A program made the position numbers and the translations under genes. The notes beneath the pieces are model-generated. The model was given only the letters and a program-made list of their open reading frames with translations, ran no database searches and was not told the DNA's origin. From Octopus sinensis (taxonomy: Eukaryota), in NCBI RefSeq assembly GCF_006345805.1, contig NC_042997.1:210614001-210678000 (forward strand): 64,000 bases of DNA, read 5' to 3'. Positions 61,586 through 64,000 of this stretch are shown here, in pieces (position 1 is the first letter of the stretch; each line of letters starts with the position of its first letter).

Positions 61586-61872
61586 AGGCTCAGATGTTTC
61601 CCTTTTATGAGGTTACCATTTTCTTCCCCTTTTGGGAATTCAAATTGTTTAAAGAAACGTTACCTTGTTATCTATTTCCGTACACGTCCCCACAAAACGT
61701 CTTTTTTTTCCGATCCCTTTTGATAAATTTCGAAAAAGGAAAATTCTTCCTTGTATTGTCCCCTCTGTGTTAAGCCCTGTGTGGCTAAATAAAGAAATCT
61801 CTACCCCCTCTCTTTCTCTATCTACATAAATATTCATAAATGTATACAAGCATTGTATATCTACGCATGTAC

Positions 61873-61957
<85 letters not shown>

Positions 61958-62119
61958 TGTGTGTGTGTGTGTGTGCATGCAGTATGTATATATACACACC
62001 AAACACACACACACAACACATATACTTTTACTCGTTTCAGACATGTGGCCGTGGTCATGCTGGAGCACCACCATGGTCTTACTGACTTCCTCAGTCTGGG
62101 TGTGTCACATCACCACTCC

Positions 62120-62280
62120 TGTATATAGCTTTGTCCCAGCTGTTGGTACATTTGGTATATAATTGGGTCTGATTCCGCAGCCCTCATCTGCATCTCATGT
62201 CGGGCTGTTGGTTGATCCGGCATTGTGAACAGGAGGATGTTTAATTCCTTTTTGAAGACATCTACATCCACCTTATGCAA
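62120..62280 (-). pseudogene. CR1/L2-group LINE C-terminal remnant
   Basis: VDVDVFKKELNILLFTMPDQPT..RAA resembles the C-terminus of this clade. Confidence 0.5.
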
Positions 62281-62629
62281 ATATATCGACCGGTTTCGCT
62301 TTCGCTATTCATGATATTATGGTTTACTTATTTGAATATGTATTTTCTTTGTCCATGTTGTTTGTGATGATATTTCCGAGCGAATGACTTCACTTGTTTC
62401 AGTCATGAGACTGCGGTCATGCTGGAGCATTGTCTTGAATTTTTTAGTCGAATCAATTGACCTCTGTACTTATTTTTTAAGCCTTGTACTAATTCTATCG
62501 GTATCTTTTGCCGAACCGCTAAGTAACGGGGACGTAAAAGTAACAATAACAAAACAACAATATATAGCCATGTAACTATAGACCTGCTGCTGGTGATTTC
62601 TTTTCCGTCTTTGGGCTTTACTCCTTCTC

Positions 62630-62740
62630 ATTTCCGACGAAGAGCTGTGCTCGAAAAGTCAAAAACTCTCTCTTTTTACTGAGCGTCAAACTAATACATG
62701 CCAGGTGCACGTCCTCTTGTTGTCTGCTATTGTTAATTTT
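62630..62740 (+). mobile_element. Degenerate PLE-type HHR repeat
   Basis: ttt-CCGACGA-a-gagc tgt gctc-GAA-AAGT-C-aaaa; U4C and broken stem III palindrome. Confidence 0.5.
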
Positions 62741-62805
62741 AATGTTCGATTATCTTTTTGACTATACATACATACATACATACAACATACATACATACAT
62801 ACGTG

Positions 62806-62852
<47 letters not shown>

Positions 62853-63120
62853 ATAGAGAGAGAGAGAGAGAGATAAGAAAGTTGGTTTGTGAAAGCACGT
62901 GGTTGAATATATAGAAAATAGTAAAAAGTGAAAAAACTACAGAAGGCTTAAAGTTTAAAAATATATATATTTGCGTCAATATGTCTGAAGAATATTAAAA
63001 TTTTTTTTTCCTTACAATGACATAGTTTAGAAGAAAGACCGGTCGCGTTTAGCTTTTCAATTTCTTACGACGTTATGTTTATGTTGAATAGAGTTATCGT
63101 TATGTTTGTTTAAAAGAGTT

Positions 63121-64000
63121 CTAAATAAGGGGAGGTAATGAGTGATTTCTTCCGGTGTAAGGAGATAATCGCTTAAAATTTTTTCCTTTCCCTTGGTGTG
63201 AATTTCTCTGTATCAGTATGTTGGCATGGTTAAGTCTGGGCTTGTACTTTTCAATGAAGAATGTTTCCTTGTTTAGTCTAATTTGTGTTGATGATCCGAT
63301 AGCACATTGGTAAAATGGAAAGATTAAAAATTGTGGTAGTAGTTGCTTTGCGCATTTCTCAATGTGCTCACTAAAAGGTATCATTCTGTACTCTGGGAAT
63401 GCAATCTGTTGTCGATGCAGTGTGCATCTACGTCTGAGTGATAGTCCCGTGGATCCACGTAGTCTTGGTGGCAGTCCGAGCATTTTATGACATAATTATG
63501 TTTTCAGAGGCACAAGTAAAGCTAGATTTGATCTTGAATTTCTGTCCCTCTTTAAAGAGGAATTCTGATCCTTCTAGCAGGTTTGGACATGTTGCACAGT
63601 TTGATCTACCACATTTTTTTACTTTTGCATCCGTAATTTCAGAAAACAATTTTGCCTTTGTGAGAATCTTTTTAAGTGATTTAGGTTGTTTGTAGCTTTT
63701 AATGATTTGGTGTATGTTTAGAATTTCCTTTAATTTGGGGTCCTTATGAAGTATTGGTAAATTCTGGGTGATGATGGTGAAGGCTTCTTTGTTTCTGGGG
63801 TTGTATGTAGATATGTAAGGTAGTATTTTCGGGGAAGGTGTGTTGTTGTGTTGAACTTTTCTTAAAGTTTCTATGTTGATTTCTGTTGCACGTCTGATCC
63901 CATCCTCTATGAGTTGAGCTGGGTAATGTCTGTCAATTAGGGTGTTTTTGAGTTCTTGCAGTCTAAAGTTCCTGGTATTTTGTTCTGACACTATTGTGCA
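63121..64000 (-). mobile_element. Penelope-like (Neptune-type) retroelement ORF: RT thumb, linker and GIY-YIG endonuclease; continues beyond the window
   Basis: LIDRHYP, LPYISTYNP, SYKQPKSLKKIL, Cys linker CGRSNCATC. After two 1-nt corrections near 63490 and 63452: NIIYVIKCSDCHQDYVGSTGLSLRRRCTLHRQQI..KETFFIEKYKPRLN. Confidence 0.92.

Overview
AT-rich animal genomic DNA, most likely an octopus. This is inferred from the repeat content: tRNA-derived SINEs, RTE/CR1/R4-Dong LINEs, Penelope-like elements (PLEs) and very long (TA)n, (TATC)n and (GAT)n microsatellites. Most ORFs in the supplied track are microsatellite or repeat artefacts. Two host genes can be rebuilt from splice signals. (1) Six phase-consistent + strand exons of RPP40 (RNase P/MRP subunit p40) at 3931-17442; I found no N-terminal exon in the window. 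(2) A four-exon + strand gene at 32624-50939, not visible as a unit in the ORF track, encoding a predicted 151-aa secreted protein with degenerate EF-hand-like motifs. The most unusual signal is a set of about ten hammerhead-ribozyme (HHR) motifs in short repeats. One is a TSD-flanked 587-bp composite at 14349-14935 made of an inverted tail, a tRNA-like Pol III head and two tandem HHR units, resembling a PLE-dependent SINE or retrozyme. Others are a repeat family sharing an A6U core variant and a near-canonical monomeric HHR at 54060-54104. A nearly intact RTE (left edge) and a Neptune-like PLE (right edge) are broken only by 1-nt homopolymer deletions. Repeat composition and CpG decay both change at about 21-23 kb. 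All calls were made by eye and from memory of protein and repeat families; no searches were run.
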